Positions 13,935-26,225 of a stretch of 64,000 nucleotides of DNA are shown here, piece after piece (position 1 is the first letter of the stretch; every line of letters begins with the position of its first letter). Position numbers and translations under genes: made by a program. The stretch lies in the NCBI RefSeq assembly GCF_004010195.1, contig NC_057718.1, positions 91,473,145 to 91,537,144 on the forward strand. The letters run 5' to 3'. Under the pieces are notes generated by a model, which saw only the letters and a list, made by a program, of their open reading frames with translations, ran no database searches and was not told the DNA's origin. The stretch comes from Chiloscyllium plagiosum. Lineage: Eukaryota.

Positions 13935-14415
13935 AGAGGAATCAAGAAAACAAAACTTTATTGATGCTATTTGCTGTGCATGCTGACTGAAGTTAAGACT
14001 GAAAACTCTTGATTGCACTCATCCATATCCTAAAGATTAGGCTTTTAAGATTTAAGGTTCTCTTTTCATCCATTACGCTGAGCATCTACTTGCCACTCAG
14101 TGCAAAAGCACTGACCAAGTTCACTCTGCTGTTTTTGGCCTGTTAGGTCCTGTACTTAATAGGATGGCAGATGGTCCGAAGAACACCGATTCACCCCCAC
14201 CAGGCAAGCACAAGCAACTTCCATGCAAGATCCTTCACAACAAAGAGACTGATTGCACTTAGAAGCATGTGGCACATACAGGCAAGTATATGTAGCACAG
14301 CCACACCTAGTTAGTTCTAACCGCCCACAACATTCCATCAGCCTTTTATATTTGCACATTCCAACAGTCAAACTTCCCTTCTGGCTACTCATGCCATGCA
14401 ATCAACCTTGAAACA
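13935..14415 (-). other. Candidate 3'-terminal exon
   Basis: Minus strand: ccCTAAC branch (14441-14445), ctctttttttt tract, cacAG acceptor at 14416-14417; AATAAA at 13957-13962 followed by a U/GU-rich tract. Confidence 0.4.
14147..14281 (+). other. Candidate 135-nt internal exon with GC donor
   Basis: Branch-like ctgac at 14111-14115; acceptor ctctgctgtttttggcctgttAG; donor CAG|GCAAGT at 14282; phase-0 frame open (VLYLIGWQMVRRTPIHPHQASTSNFHARSFTTKRLIALRSMWHIQ). Confidence 0.35.
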
Positions 14416-14604
14416 CTGTGAACCAAAAAAAAGAGTGACTGTTAGGGTAACAGCTGCACAATAGACAAATGATAACCACAAACTGATAAATGCTTCCTTT
14501 CATAAAATATTATAATTCCACCTGCAATCTGCCTTGTACAAACTCTAATTACTCAGCCTCTTTGTTACACGACATTAGGCGGTGAGGTTTAGATAAACAT
14601 ATTT

Positions 14605-15134
14605 TTATTATTCTGAGATTAAGTTAAATGAAGCTTGGGTATATACTTATATGAAACATCTGGATTGTTATTTATAAAGTAGACTGCTAAAAGGTTTAAT
14701 AGGTAAAAACTTTCTATTTATGATTAATAAATTGAACAGAAACTGACATACCATGATATAACTAATTGTAGAATTTTGATATTTTATTCCATCTCTCAGA
14801 AAATACTGCAAGTGCACAGCAAGTTGATAACTTTTGGTAAGAATAAGATAATTTCAAGTCAGAATCACCACCAAAAGGGCGTCAATAAACTTACTGTATG
14901 TTTAAAAAAATTGATTGAGATTGCTACATTTTCTGGATTACCTTTACATATTTTTTGCTTTACATTTAGGGTAATGTTTCACAAGATCTCATCAGAGAAT
15001 ATACTCTCAGCTGGCACACGGTACAAACATGTTTTAGTTTCAGTTCTTGAGATATGATTACATGCTTTTTCTGAACAAGTCCAGAGCTAGCAATTAATAA
15101 GTACACTTAGAAGAACATTTGCAACATCCCAAAT
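14605..15134 (-). repeat. Right arm of long inverted repeat
   Basis: Reverse complement of 13216-13734; carries an extra gcaagtgcaca near 14808-14818. Confidence 0.97.
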
Positions 15135-15439
15135 TTGTGCAAACGTCAAATTATGGCCAAATTATGGCTATGTTATTATTTGTGACCAGTTATGTTAAAC
15201 ATATTTAAGACCAAGATTGGGTGCATTCACAATGGATGCAAAATAAATAGGTACACATCAAAAGTGATCTATAATACACCAAGTGAATCACGGAATACCC
15301 ATTTATTGTACCTAGTAAAAACGCAAGTTTATTTTTTCAATAACTCTAAGCAAGTGGTGCAAGTACAGACAGAGTGCAATCTCAAAACACGTTAAAATTC
15401 TCACATTAAAAATCAGAATTTGGCATCTCTGACATTAAC

Positions 15440-16046
15440 TGTATAAGTATTGAATATAATTAAGTATATGGTTAAGGGCCTTACTGAAGAAGGGTAAGGA
15501 GGATAGGGGAGCGTAAAAAGGGAAAATACAAGGAAAGGAGCGGAAAACTGTGAAACATAATAGACAATAAAAAATAAGCTTGGACATGCAATAGAGAGTA
15601 AGCTCAGAATGAAATACATTCAGAGAAGGAAATAATGTAGCGTGAGCAACTTAACCCAGAAACGTAGAAAGGGAACAATTAGCAGTTAACTGAAGACTGT
15701 TATTTTTGTTGGGCAAGATGGTCATTGTATGTGACCCCAAGACCACAGGTCATGAGCATTGCACAATGCTGTCAGCTATGTAGAGGAATGTAAGATGTGG
15801 AGGACAGGTGGTGAAAACAGTTGGCAAAAGCAGAGTAGCCTTGTAAAGGAAACAGAGGGACTGGTGGAAGTTTAAAAACTGCAATCAGTAAATGACAAGC
15901 AAATGATTGGTATAAATATGTTGTTTTGAGTACGAAACCAGAGTCTCTGAGCTAAACATAGAGACACAGTACACGTGGTAGAAGCTTGAATAAATTGGCC
16001 TTGTTGTGATCGACCCAGGTCTGAAGAGTCAAAGATCCACTATAAC
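15440..16046 (+). mobile_element. Possible solo LTR
   Basis: tgt start; gattgg followed by tataaata near 15904-15918; aataaa near 15989; end ...ccactataac; no clear target-site duplication. Confidence 0.35.
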
Positions 16047-16079
16047 TCCCATTGGATGATAGCTAATGCACCATTTTAT

Positions 16080-17110
16080 TTACTGCAAATGATCTTCTTT
16101 AACAGCTCTCCCTTGCAACTCGAACAGTAAGTGTAAAGGCTCATAAACATCTTTGTCACTAAACTCAAGACCATCTTTTCTCTATCCCACCAAGCCAAAG
16201 CTCTTCTAAGGGACCCCTCTGCCTTAACCCCAAATTTTTCAGTTTCTTTTCTGATGCACTCTCCAGGTTCATTTTCTCTCAGAGACCCACATGCTGCTGT
16301 CTTAATCAAATTCCTACAAAACTTCCGCCTGACTTCCCTTCATGAATGTACCAATACTTCCAAATACCCATTTTTCTCAGAACTTTAGATCTGTATCCCT
16401 CCAAATAAGTTTCTGTCCCTGTCACAACATCAAAATACTTACCTTAGTCACAAGTGACATTTTATATGACCATGACTGTAATGAAACACAGTGTGTTTTG
16501 ACAAGGTTGACCATCTCTTCCAGTGGTTCTCCTCAAGCTATGTGGGATTGTGCTCAATTAGTTTAACTTTTATCTAAGCTGTAATGGCTTCTCTTGCAGT
16601 TTCTACATTTCAAGGCCCAAGTGCTTCTCATTTGCCCCTTTGTGACCTCATCTGTAACATATTTGCTGCACATATACAGGGACAATATATAATTTCACTG
16701 CATCACCCAATTCCTCTAATGTGAGTTAATCATCAGACTATTTGTCTGATATCTACTGCTGGATTAGAAGAAATTTCTTTTGAACAAATTTTGGGAAATG
16801 TGAAGAACTTGTGCTTGCTCCTGGCCTTTAACGTGGTTGTCTAACTACTGATTTTATGCCTCACCCGGGTAATTGTGAAATTGAAACAAACTGTTCATAA
16901 TCTCGGTGTTGTATTTGTCCTGTGCCAAGTTTCTGACTCCATCCAATACTCTGTTTTTCTCTGTGTGTGGACCTCCAAGGTCCATATGAGAGATCAACTT
17001 CTGAACCCAAAAGTCAATGTGTTGGTATGCTGCACAGCTTAGAGGGAATATCGTCCATATCCTGATCATCACTAAACCCACCTATTTCCACTTCCATTAC
17101 AAATCAGGGA
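16080..17110 (+). mobile_element. Highly decayed L2-like LINE
   Basis: Pyrimidine-rich sequence resembling L2 ORF2 (catctttgtcactaaactcaagaccatc; gtcacaagtgacattttatatgac). Confidence 0.45.
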
Positions 17111-17659
17111 TCCTTTAACCAAAAACCTTGGGACTAACTGGTTTTTGGAGGAAAGATGCTTCATGTCCATTTGAGTCATTTTGGGAGAAAAATGTACTTA
17201 AACCGAATGGAGCTAAAATAGCTGTTTTCTCAAAGGGCTGATTTGAACTTAGATGCAGTAAGTTCAGTGCTTTTTTAGGGGGGGGGGTTGCTTTTCTAGG
17301 GTCTGCATCCAAAATGACTTTCAGTTTTAGGATACCAAACCTGCAAACTGCTCTTTTTTGCAATTTGGCTAAGTACAGCAATTCAAACATAAACCATTGT
17401 GGAACAACAGTCATCTTTCCAATCTTAGAAATGTCTTTGATATTTGGCCTCTGACAATCTATCTATATGGTCAAACTTTCCTCAATTCCACTTTCTTGTA
17501 ACCTGATTTATTTATTATGTGGTACTTCTTCAGTATCATTGAATGGCTGATGGCACTGGATACTGCAAAAATTACAGGCCCTGATAGCATTTAACAGAAT
17601 GGATGACTTGGGGCCCATTCCCCCCCCACCTCCTTTGTCAAGCTATTCAATACAGTAAC

Positions 17660-18412
17660 AACACTAGCATTGAACTGACATTGTAGGAAATTGCCCAGGT
17701 ATGCCCTGTCCACAAAAAGAATGGCAAATCCATCCTGATCAACGAACACTTTATCAGACTACTCTAGATCACCTAACAAAGTGAAAGAATGGTTGGCTAC
17801 AGCTGTAGCACTTGCTAAAGGACTGAACTGCACATTGATGCTTAGCTTGGGTTCCACCAGGACCACTTAGTTCCAGACCATATTACATGGGATAAAAAAA
17901 ACTGACGTCCGGAAATAAGGTGAGAGTAGCAGCATTTGACTGAATATGGCATTGAGAAGCCCTAGCAAAAGTGTAAACAATGGAAATCAGAGGAAAACTC
18001 TGCACTGGTTGGAGTCATATCGAGCACAAAGGAAGATGGGTGTGGTTGAGTTGGAGCTCAACCACCTTAGTCCAAAGCCATCACTACACAGGACTTCCTC
18101 AGGGTAGTGTCCTTAGTCCAACCATCTGGGAGCACACTTTTCAGGAAGGGTCATTGGACCAGAAACTTTAATTCTGATCTCTCTTCACAGATGCTGCCAC
18201 ACCTGCAGAGCTTTTCCAGCAATTTCTGTTTTTACATCCTTCATTGTCATTGAGTCAAAATCCAGAAATTCACTTCCTGACAGCACAGAGGGGGTCCCTA
18301 CACTGAAATTACGACAGTGGTTCAAGAAGGCAGTCAGCATCTTTCCAGGATGATTAAGGATGGATAATAAGCGTTGGCCTAGCTAGTGATGGCTACACTA
18401 CATGATGAACAC
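17660..18412 (+). mobile_element. CR1 (second lineage) RT fragments with an inserted PLE family-B half unit (about 18140-18232)
   Basis: GLPQGSVLSPTI; tail ggatggataataagcgttggcctagc; insert caggaagggtcattggaccagaaactttaattctgatctctcttcacagatgctgcc. Confidence 0.65.
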
Positions 18413-18474
18413 ATCAAAAAAATAAAGGCTTGCCCTTTAGAAATCCACATAACCTTCAAGTCTTTTTCCATAGT

Positions 18475-21400
18475 TAGAGTCATAGAGATGTACAGCACGG
18501 AAACAGACCCTTTGGTCCAACTCGTCAATGCCGACCAGATATTCTAACCTAATCTGGTCCCATTTATCAGCACTTTGCCAGCCCTTATCCCTCTAAACCC
18601 TTCTTATTCATATACCCAACCATATGTTGTAATTATACCGGCCTCCACCACTTCCTCTGGTAGCTCATTCCATACATGCACCACCCTCTGCATGAAAAAG
18701 TCGCCCCTTAGGTCCCTTTTAAACTTTTCCCCTCTCACCCTAAACCTATGCCCTCCAGCTCTGGACTGACCCACACAGGGAAGAGACCTTGACTATTTAC
18801 CTGATCCATGCACCTCATGATTTTATAAACATCTATAAGGTCACCCCTCAGCCTCTGACATTCCAATCTTTTCAGCCTCCCCCAATAGCTCAAACTTTCC
18901 AAACCTAGCAATATCCTTGTAAACCTTTTCTGAACTCTTTCAAGTTTCACAATATCCTTCCAATAAGGAGACCAGAATTGCACGCAATATTCCAAAAGTG
19001 GCCTAATCAATGGCCTGTACAGCTGCAACATGACCTCCCAACTCCTACCTACACTCAATGCTCTGACCAACAAAGGAAAGCATATCAATTGCCTTCTTCA
19101 CTATCCTATCTAGCTGTGACTCTACTTTCAAGGAACTATGAACCTGCACTCCAAGGTCTCTCTATTCAGCGACACTCCCGAGGACCTTACCATTAAGTGG
19201 ATATGTCCTGCTCTGATTTGCCTTTCCAAAATGCAGTACCTCACATTTATCTAAATTAAACTTCATCTACCACTCCTTCGCCCATTGGCCCATCTATGCA
19301 AGGTACTCTGAGGTAACCTCCGCTGTCCAATACATCTCCAATGATGGTGTGTTCTGCAAACTTACTAACCATACTTCCTATATTCACATCCAAATTTATA
19401 TATGACAAATGGCAGAGGACCCAGCACCAATCCTTGTAGCACACTGCTGGTCAAAGGTCTCCAGTCTGAAAAGAAACCCCCCATCACTACGCTGTCTTCT
19501 ACCTTCCAGTCAGTTTCGTATCCAAATGGCTAGCTCTCCCTGTATTCCATGAGATCTAACCTTGCTAATGAGTCTACCATGAGGAACCTTGTCGAACACC
19601 TTACTGATGTCCATATAGATCATATCCATTGCTCTGCCCTCATCAATCCTTTGTTACTTCTTCAGAAAACTCAATCAAGTTCACGAGACATGATTTCCCA
19701 TGCACAAAGCCATGTTGACTATCCCTAATCAGTCCTTGCCTTTCCAAATACATGTACATCCTATCCCTCAGGATTCCCTCCAACAACTTGCCCACCATCG
19801 ACATCAGGCTCAGTGGTCTAGAGTTCCCTGGCTTTTCCTTACCACCTTTCTTAAATAGTGGCACCATGTGAGCCATCCTCAATCTTCCAGCACCTCACCT
19901 GTGACTATCAATGATACAAATATCTCACTAAGATATTTGTAATCACTTCCCCAGCTTCCCACAGAGTTCTAGGGTACACCTGATCAGGTCCTGGGGATTT
20001 ATCCACTTTTATGCATTTTAAGACATCCAGCACCTCCTCCTCTGTAATATGGACATTTTTCAAGATGTCACCATCCATTTCCCCACATTCCATATCTTCC
20101 AAGTTCCTTCTCCACAGTAAACACTGATGCAAAATACTTGCTTAGTGTCTCACCATCTCCTGTGGGTCGACACAGAGGCTGCCTTGCTAATCTTTGAGGA
20201 GCCCTATTCGCTCCCTAGTTACCCTTTTGTCCTTAGTATATTTATAAAATCTCTTTGGATTCTCCTTAACCTTATTTCATGTCTTCTTTTTGCCCTCCTG
20301 ATGTCCCTCTTAAGTATATTCCTACTGCCTTTATACTCTTACAAAGATTCACTCCATCTCTCCTGCCTATACATGACATATCCCTCTTTCTTTTTCTTAA
20401 CCAAAACTTCAATTTCTCTAGTCATCCAACATTCTCTATATCTACCAGCCTTTCCTTTCACCCGAACAGGAATGTACTGCATTTGGACTATCATTATCTC
20501 ATTTTGAAGGCTTCCCATTTTCCAGCCATCCCTTTAACTGTGAACATCTGCCCCATATCAACTTTTGAAAGGGCCTGCCTAATACTGTCAAAATTGGCCT
20601 TCCTCCAATTTAAAACTTTAACATTTAGATCTGGTCAATCCTTTTCCATCATTATTTTAAGACTAACAGAATTATGGTTGCTGGCCCCAAAGTGCTTCCC
20701 CATTGACACCTCAGTCACCAGCCCTACCTTAGCTCCCAAGAATAGGTCAAGTTTTGCACCTTCCCTGGTAGGTACATCCACATACTGAATCAGAAAATTT
20801 TCTTATACACACGTAACATCTAAACTCTTAACACTATGGCAGTCCCAGTCTATGTCTGGAAAGTTAAAATCCCCTCCCATAACCACCCTATTATTCTTAC
20901 AGATAATTAACAAATTTGTTTCTCAATTTCCTGCTGACAATTGGGGGAGGTCTATAATACAATCTCAAGAATGTGCTCATCCCTTTTTTATTCCTCAGTT
21001 CCACTCAAATATCCCCAGGAATACCCTCCTTAAGTACGGACATAATGCTAGCCCTTATCAAAAATGCTACTCCCCCTCCTCTCTTGTCCCCCTTTCTATC
21101 CTTCCTATAGCATTTGTATCCTGGAACATTAAGCTGTCAGTCCTGTCCATCCCTGAGCCACATCTCTATAATTGCTTTGATATCCTAGTCCAATGTTCCT
21201 AACCATGCCCTGCGTTCATCAGCCTTCCCTGTTAGGCCTCTTGCATTGAAATAAATACAGTTTAATTTATCAGTCCTACCTTGTTCTCTGTTTTGTTCCT
21301 GCTTGCCCTGACTGTTTGACTCGCTCCTTTTCCAAACTGTACCAGTCTCAGATTGATCTTTTTCCTCACTATTTCCCTGGATTCCCCCTCCAAATCTTGC

Positions 21401-21505
21401 TAGTTTAAATCCTCCCGAGCAGCTCTAGCAAATCTCCCTGCCAGTATATTCGTCTCCTTCCAATTCAGGTGCAATCCGTCCGCTGGTACAGGTTACTTCT
21501 ACCCT
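18475..21505 (-). mobile_element. Long CR1 LINE (ORF1 end, endonuclease, RT, 3' UTR), decayed
   Basis: Minus-strand frames VPLFKKGGKEKPGNSRPLSLMSMVGKLLEGILRDR, VDKSPGPDQVYPRTLWEA, EVMLQLYRPLIRPLLEYCVQFWSPY. Confidence 0.92.
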
Positions 21506-21507
21506 TT

Positions 21508-22528
21508 GTATGATGGCTTTACAATTTCTGTATTGTATTGACCGTGCCTTTTTTATTTTTGTGCTTTTAAATTTGTGGACTGAAATGCGAAAGAACTGCT
21601 TTTAAAACCAATGTTTTGCAAAGATTGCTGAATGATTTTTAAAATAGTAATTCATGGCAAGGATAACTTATACATCTTTTGGATCAAGCAGTAATTGAAC
21701 TGTGGTCAAACTGGGAAAATGGGTTCTAAACTCACATGGAGCTTTGGGTGGCAACAAGAAGTTGATTGGTCTATGGATTAGCGGCCAGTTTTTGATGACA
21801 AAGCTATTTGCCTGCTAACAACAATGGGATTGGTTCTCATATATCTAAGCAGCTTGGGGCTAGGAACAAGAAACAGGGAAGTAACCAGATCTCAACCAGC
21901 TCGTGAGCCGTTCCTGTTCTCTGTAGTAAGCCACTTTAACTGAAAGAACTGCGGATGCTGTATATCAGAAACAAAAACAGAAGTTGCTGGAAAAGCTCAG
22001 CATACCTGGCAGCATCTGTGAAGAGAAATCCAAGTTAATGTTTTGGGACCACCTCAGAACTTAAAGAAAACCAGTTTATCTTTCTTTCAGCAGTTACTGC
22101 AAACTATGACTTAATTGATAAATCAGAGACCTTTTACAAGTGAATTAGCCACCCTCTGCCTCTTACAAACTAGTGGAAGCATTTGGAAAAGAAAAACGGA
22201 GAAGAAACCTTCTGATCAGCAACAGCCAACCCAATAGATCTATTAAACAGAGATACGGATTTGTGCCATTTTCACTTTGTCAATATTTTATTTTCCCATT
22301 TACATGGGAAAGAGTACTCATGTTATATGCCAAAGTTTACAACTGTTTACCTGCAATTAGAGTCTAATGGCTTGTAACAAATAGTAATTCTTGTTAAGTA
22401 CAGAAACCTGGCCTATGCTGGTCTGAAATCCAGGTAAATTGGGGAGTTTACAACCTTTTAACTTTTGCGATGAAACCTGGAATTACAGGGCTTGATTTCC
22501 AGCATGCTACCCTCGTGACCAGTGACAC
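21508..22528 (+). mobile_element. Probable solo LTR with an inserted PLE family-B half unit (21938-22060)
   Basis: tgt... start and ...gtgaca end; insert aactgaaagaactgcggatgctg...ttaatgttttggg. Confidence 0.4.
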
Positions 22529-22911
22529 TGTCCTATTTTCAAGCGAAATATTTGTTATCCATTGACAAGTGCCTTGACTACCTTAATACTGTTAGTACAT
22601 AGACACTTTATTTATTGTCTATTTGAAATGAAAGCGGCCAAACAGTGGATGCCATGTCAAGTAGGGCAACCAAGTGTTGGATGGACAGTGGAGTTAAGTG
22701 TTGGGAAAGATAGAGATTGAGGGAAGATAAAATAGTATCATTTATTTTATACGGCCTTTCCCAATTTTGTTCAAACTTCTCTGCGTTAAATATATTCTCC
22801 CCTGTTCTTATTTCCTCTTTGTAGTTTGCCCAAATTTAAAAAAAAAAATTGTCTAGGTTTTCACATTCATTAAATATCTTCTAAGTGTTAATTTTCTTTT
22901 GTTTTGAATAG

Positions 22912-22920
22912 GATGAAGAG
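22912..22920 (+). other. Candidate 9-nt microexon (GATGAAGAG; DEE in phase 0)
   Basis: ttttcttttgttttgaatAG|GATGAAGAG|GTGAGT: strong polypyrimidine tract and consensus donor, frame-preserving, in repeat-free flanks. Confidence 0.55.
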
Positions 22921-23944
22921 GTGAGTCAGGATGACTCTGTGGGTGTCACGTTTCAATTGTCCAAAAGCCCCAGCACACCAATATGCTGGACTCTCACAAA
23001 CTCAATGTTCAATCCACCATAAAGCACCATTGTTTAGAAGAATGGTCTGGAAGAAGGAAGAAAACTTAAGTCAAAAAGGATGGGCAGTAATGGACACTCA
23101 TCTTTGCAGATGAGTGTTGAGTTTACGCTAAATCAAGTAAATCGAAAAGAGGTTCACATTGAAGGAAAACATTTTACCAAAGCATACTATGCAAAAGGAC
23201 CAGCTTTGGGCAGATGCATGATCATGATAAACACTGGATTAATAGCTTTGAATTCGAACCAATGTTTAACATTTCAGAATGGAGCACTTGAAATTATGGC
23301 TAATTGTTCGGGCTCCTCAACAATAATTTACTTATTATCACAAAATTTAGGTCATAATTGTTGATTCATGTTTAATTTATTATACTTGCATCAGTATTTA
23401 ATACATCAGAATGAGTTGCAATGTGCTGCATAGAAAGAAATCTTAGATTATGATGCATTATTTCTTCCAGAATTGACCACTGATAGTATAAATATGCAGT
23501 TACTCAATCCACCATATGTAATATATTCAGAATACTGGCAGAAATTAGAGGACGATCAAGATTATTAACAATATGTAGCTCATATATAATTGATTTTAAT
23601 AGATTTTCTAAAATTAACTAGTTAAATTATGTAAAAAAATTTCATCAGTATATACTTTTAATAATTATTCCAACAAAATTCCTAAGTTCACATTTATAAT
23701 GAAAACATACAGAATATGGATTTAATTGGCAAATTAACATTAAGTAATTGTAACAGATAAAACATTTTGGTAGGAAGAATAAGGTCACATACACCTTGAA
23801 ACATAATTGTCCTGTGGGAAACAGAAATATAGGAATCAAGGAGCGAAGATAGATAAGTCATTAAAATCAACAATGGAGGTTAAAAAGACCACAAAAATGC
23901 AAACTGATTCTTTTTGATGGAATAGAATTAACAGGTAGCAGTTA

Positions 23945-24462
23945 TAGAACATAGAAGAATACAGCGCAGTACAGGCCCTTTGGCCCTCAATGTTGCGCAG
24001 ACCCAAGCCCACTATCCTCCATATGCCTATCCAATGCCCGCTTAAATGCCCATAAAGAGGGAGAGTCCACCACTGCTACTGGCAGGGCATTCCATGAACT
24101 CTCGACTCGCTGAGTAAAGAACCTACCCCTAACATCTGTCCTATACCCACCACCCCTTAATTTAAAGCTATGCCCCCTCGTAATAGCTGACTCCATACAT
24201 GCAAAAAGGTTCTCACGGTCAACCCTATCTAAACCCCTGAACTCCATTCCTCTACCAATAAAAGCCAGTATGCCATATGCCTTCTTCACCGCACTATTTA
24301 CCTGGGTGGCAACTTTCAAAGATCTGTGTACATGGACACCAAGATCCCTCTGCTCATCCACACTATCAAGTATCCGACCATTAGCCCAGTAGCCCATCTT
24401 TTTGTTACTCTTACCAAAGTGAATCACCTCACACTTAGCTACATTCAACTCCATTTGCCACC
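23945..24462 (-). mobile_element. Young 5'-truncated CR1 with an internal deletion
   Basis: ORF RWQMELNVAKCEVIHFGK...FIGRGMEF|RGLDRVDRENLF; close match to 11044-11654 but lacking about 250 bp. Confidence 0.9.
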
Positions 24463-25344
24463 TTATGTTGGACAGAACTGCATGTGGGAGACTGTGAACA
24501 GCTCTGCTCTCCATATCACAAAAAGGATCGAGACACCAGTGACGGTGAAAAGTAATGTATTATAATGAGTTAAAAGGAAATATTAAATAGATCAGTGCCT
24601 TTTAGTTTAGATAAGAGGAAAGCGAACATAGCCTGATAGCTGTCTTTAGAAATAAGGAAGATGTTTGTTTCTTTTTGAATGTAAGCCAATATAAAGTAGT
24701 CACTAACAAATATAATAGAGAACTCAGAAGAAACTGTTTTATGCAGGGAAAATGGTTAGAACATAGAACTCACTAGGTGTAGTTGAGGTGATTATCACAG
24801 GTGGACTTAAGCAGAAGCTGGATAAATCATGAAGATGAAAGGAACAGAAAGACTTGTAACTGGGTTAGGAGAAAGAGGCCAAAGGTGGCTTAATTGAGCA
24901 AAAGCATTATCGTTGATAATTTGGGCTGAACAGCTGATTCTGACATGTAAACAATTTATAATACCACATCATTCAGTAATTTCATTCTTCTCTGCTGTTA
25001 GTACTTGCTGTGCTGTAGTGCCAGACAGGAGCTTTTAAATCTGGAAGAATTGCAGGGGATACCACAGATTGCTAGCAAGAAGCACAAATCCTGGAATATG
25101 GAAGCACTGGGGTAGAGAAGAGTTCAGCAGCACTGATTGGAAGAAGGGCACATTGGAGAGGGAAAGTCTTTGGAATTTGGCAGAACCAAGAAAAAGACAA
25201 TAGGGCAGGTTAGATTTGGAAAAGGAGTAGTTCTGATGAGGGCCACAACTGTCTAATGGGCCCATCAGTATTCAGGTAAGAAAATGAATGCAGTGACATT
25301 TTGGAATAAGAAATTGTCATCATAATTAAAAGTGTGAGAAAATA

Positions 25345-26225
25345 CATACACACACCAAAAATGGGAATAGACCTTTCAGCCCCTCGAGTGTATTCTAACA
25401 TTCAATGAGATTACAGCTGATCTGTGGCCGAACTCCATTTATCTGCCCTTGGCCTATCACCCTTAACTGTTGCTTAACAAAAATTCAACTCAGCTTAAAA
25501 ATTAACAATGGATCCACAGATGTGCAGGTTAGGTGGATTGGCACGCTAAATTGTCCAGAGATGTGCAGGTTGGATGATTAGCCATGGGTAATGCTAGGAT
25601 ACAGGAATAGGGTAGCGGGTTGGTATGAATAGGATCCTCTTCAGAGAGTCAGTGTGGGCTTGATGGGTCAAATGGCCTGCTTTCGCATTTAGAGACTCTA
25701 TGATCTAGCATCAACTAATGTTTGTGGAAGACTGTTCCAAACCTCTACCACCTTTTATGTGCAGAAATCTTTCCTAACATCTCTCCTGAACTGTCTGGCC
25801 CTAGCGTTTAGACTGTGCCACCAATTTTAGAAGCTACAAAACATTGGAAACAGTCTATCCTTATCTATGCTGTCTTTCCTTGTTAACATCGTGAAGATTT
25901 TGATCAGATAACCCCATAATCTTCTAAATTCTAGAGAAAGCAGGATTAATTTGCATATTCTGCCCTTGTAACTTAACCCTAGAAGTCCAGGTATTATTCT
26001 TGTAAAATTACATTATTCTCCCTTCAAGGCAATACATTCTTTCCAAGATGTGATGACCAGATCTGCTCACAGCACTCCCAAGTGGAGTCTAATCAGGGTT
26101 TTGTATTGCTGCAGCATATTGCATCATTATACTCCAGTCCTCTGCAAATTATAAAGGTCAGCATTGCTTTAGTGGTCTTGATTATTTTCTGCCTTTTTTT
26201 GTAGCATTTTAAAAATCCATGCATC
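25345..26225 (-). mobile_element. Old CR1 3' part with an HE1-like SINE fragment inserted (25517-25705, +)
   Basis: ccattcagcccctcgag-type tail; insert gatgtgcaggttaggtggattggcacgctaaattgtcc. Confidence 0.65.

Noticed and set aside
14414..14420. CACAGTG heptamer on the minus strand (RAG recombination signal)
   Set aside because: No ACAAAAACC-like nonamer at 12- or 23-bp spacing and no V/D/J segments nearby
13216..15134. Inverted repeat as the TIRs of a Polinton, Mutator or foldback transposon
   Set aside because: No target-site duplication, no diagnostic termini, no internal tandem subrepeats or coding remnants; not fully excluded without a copy-number search
20127..21202. Plus-strand ORFs of 116-169 aa
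   Set aside because: Antisense to the CR1 ORF2; no independent protein features
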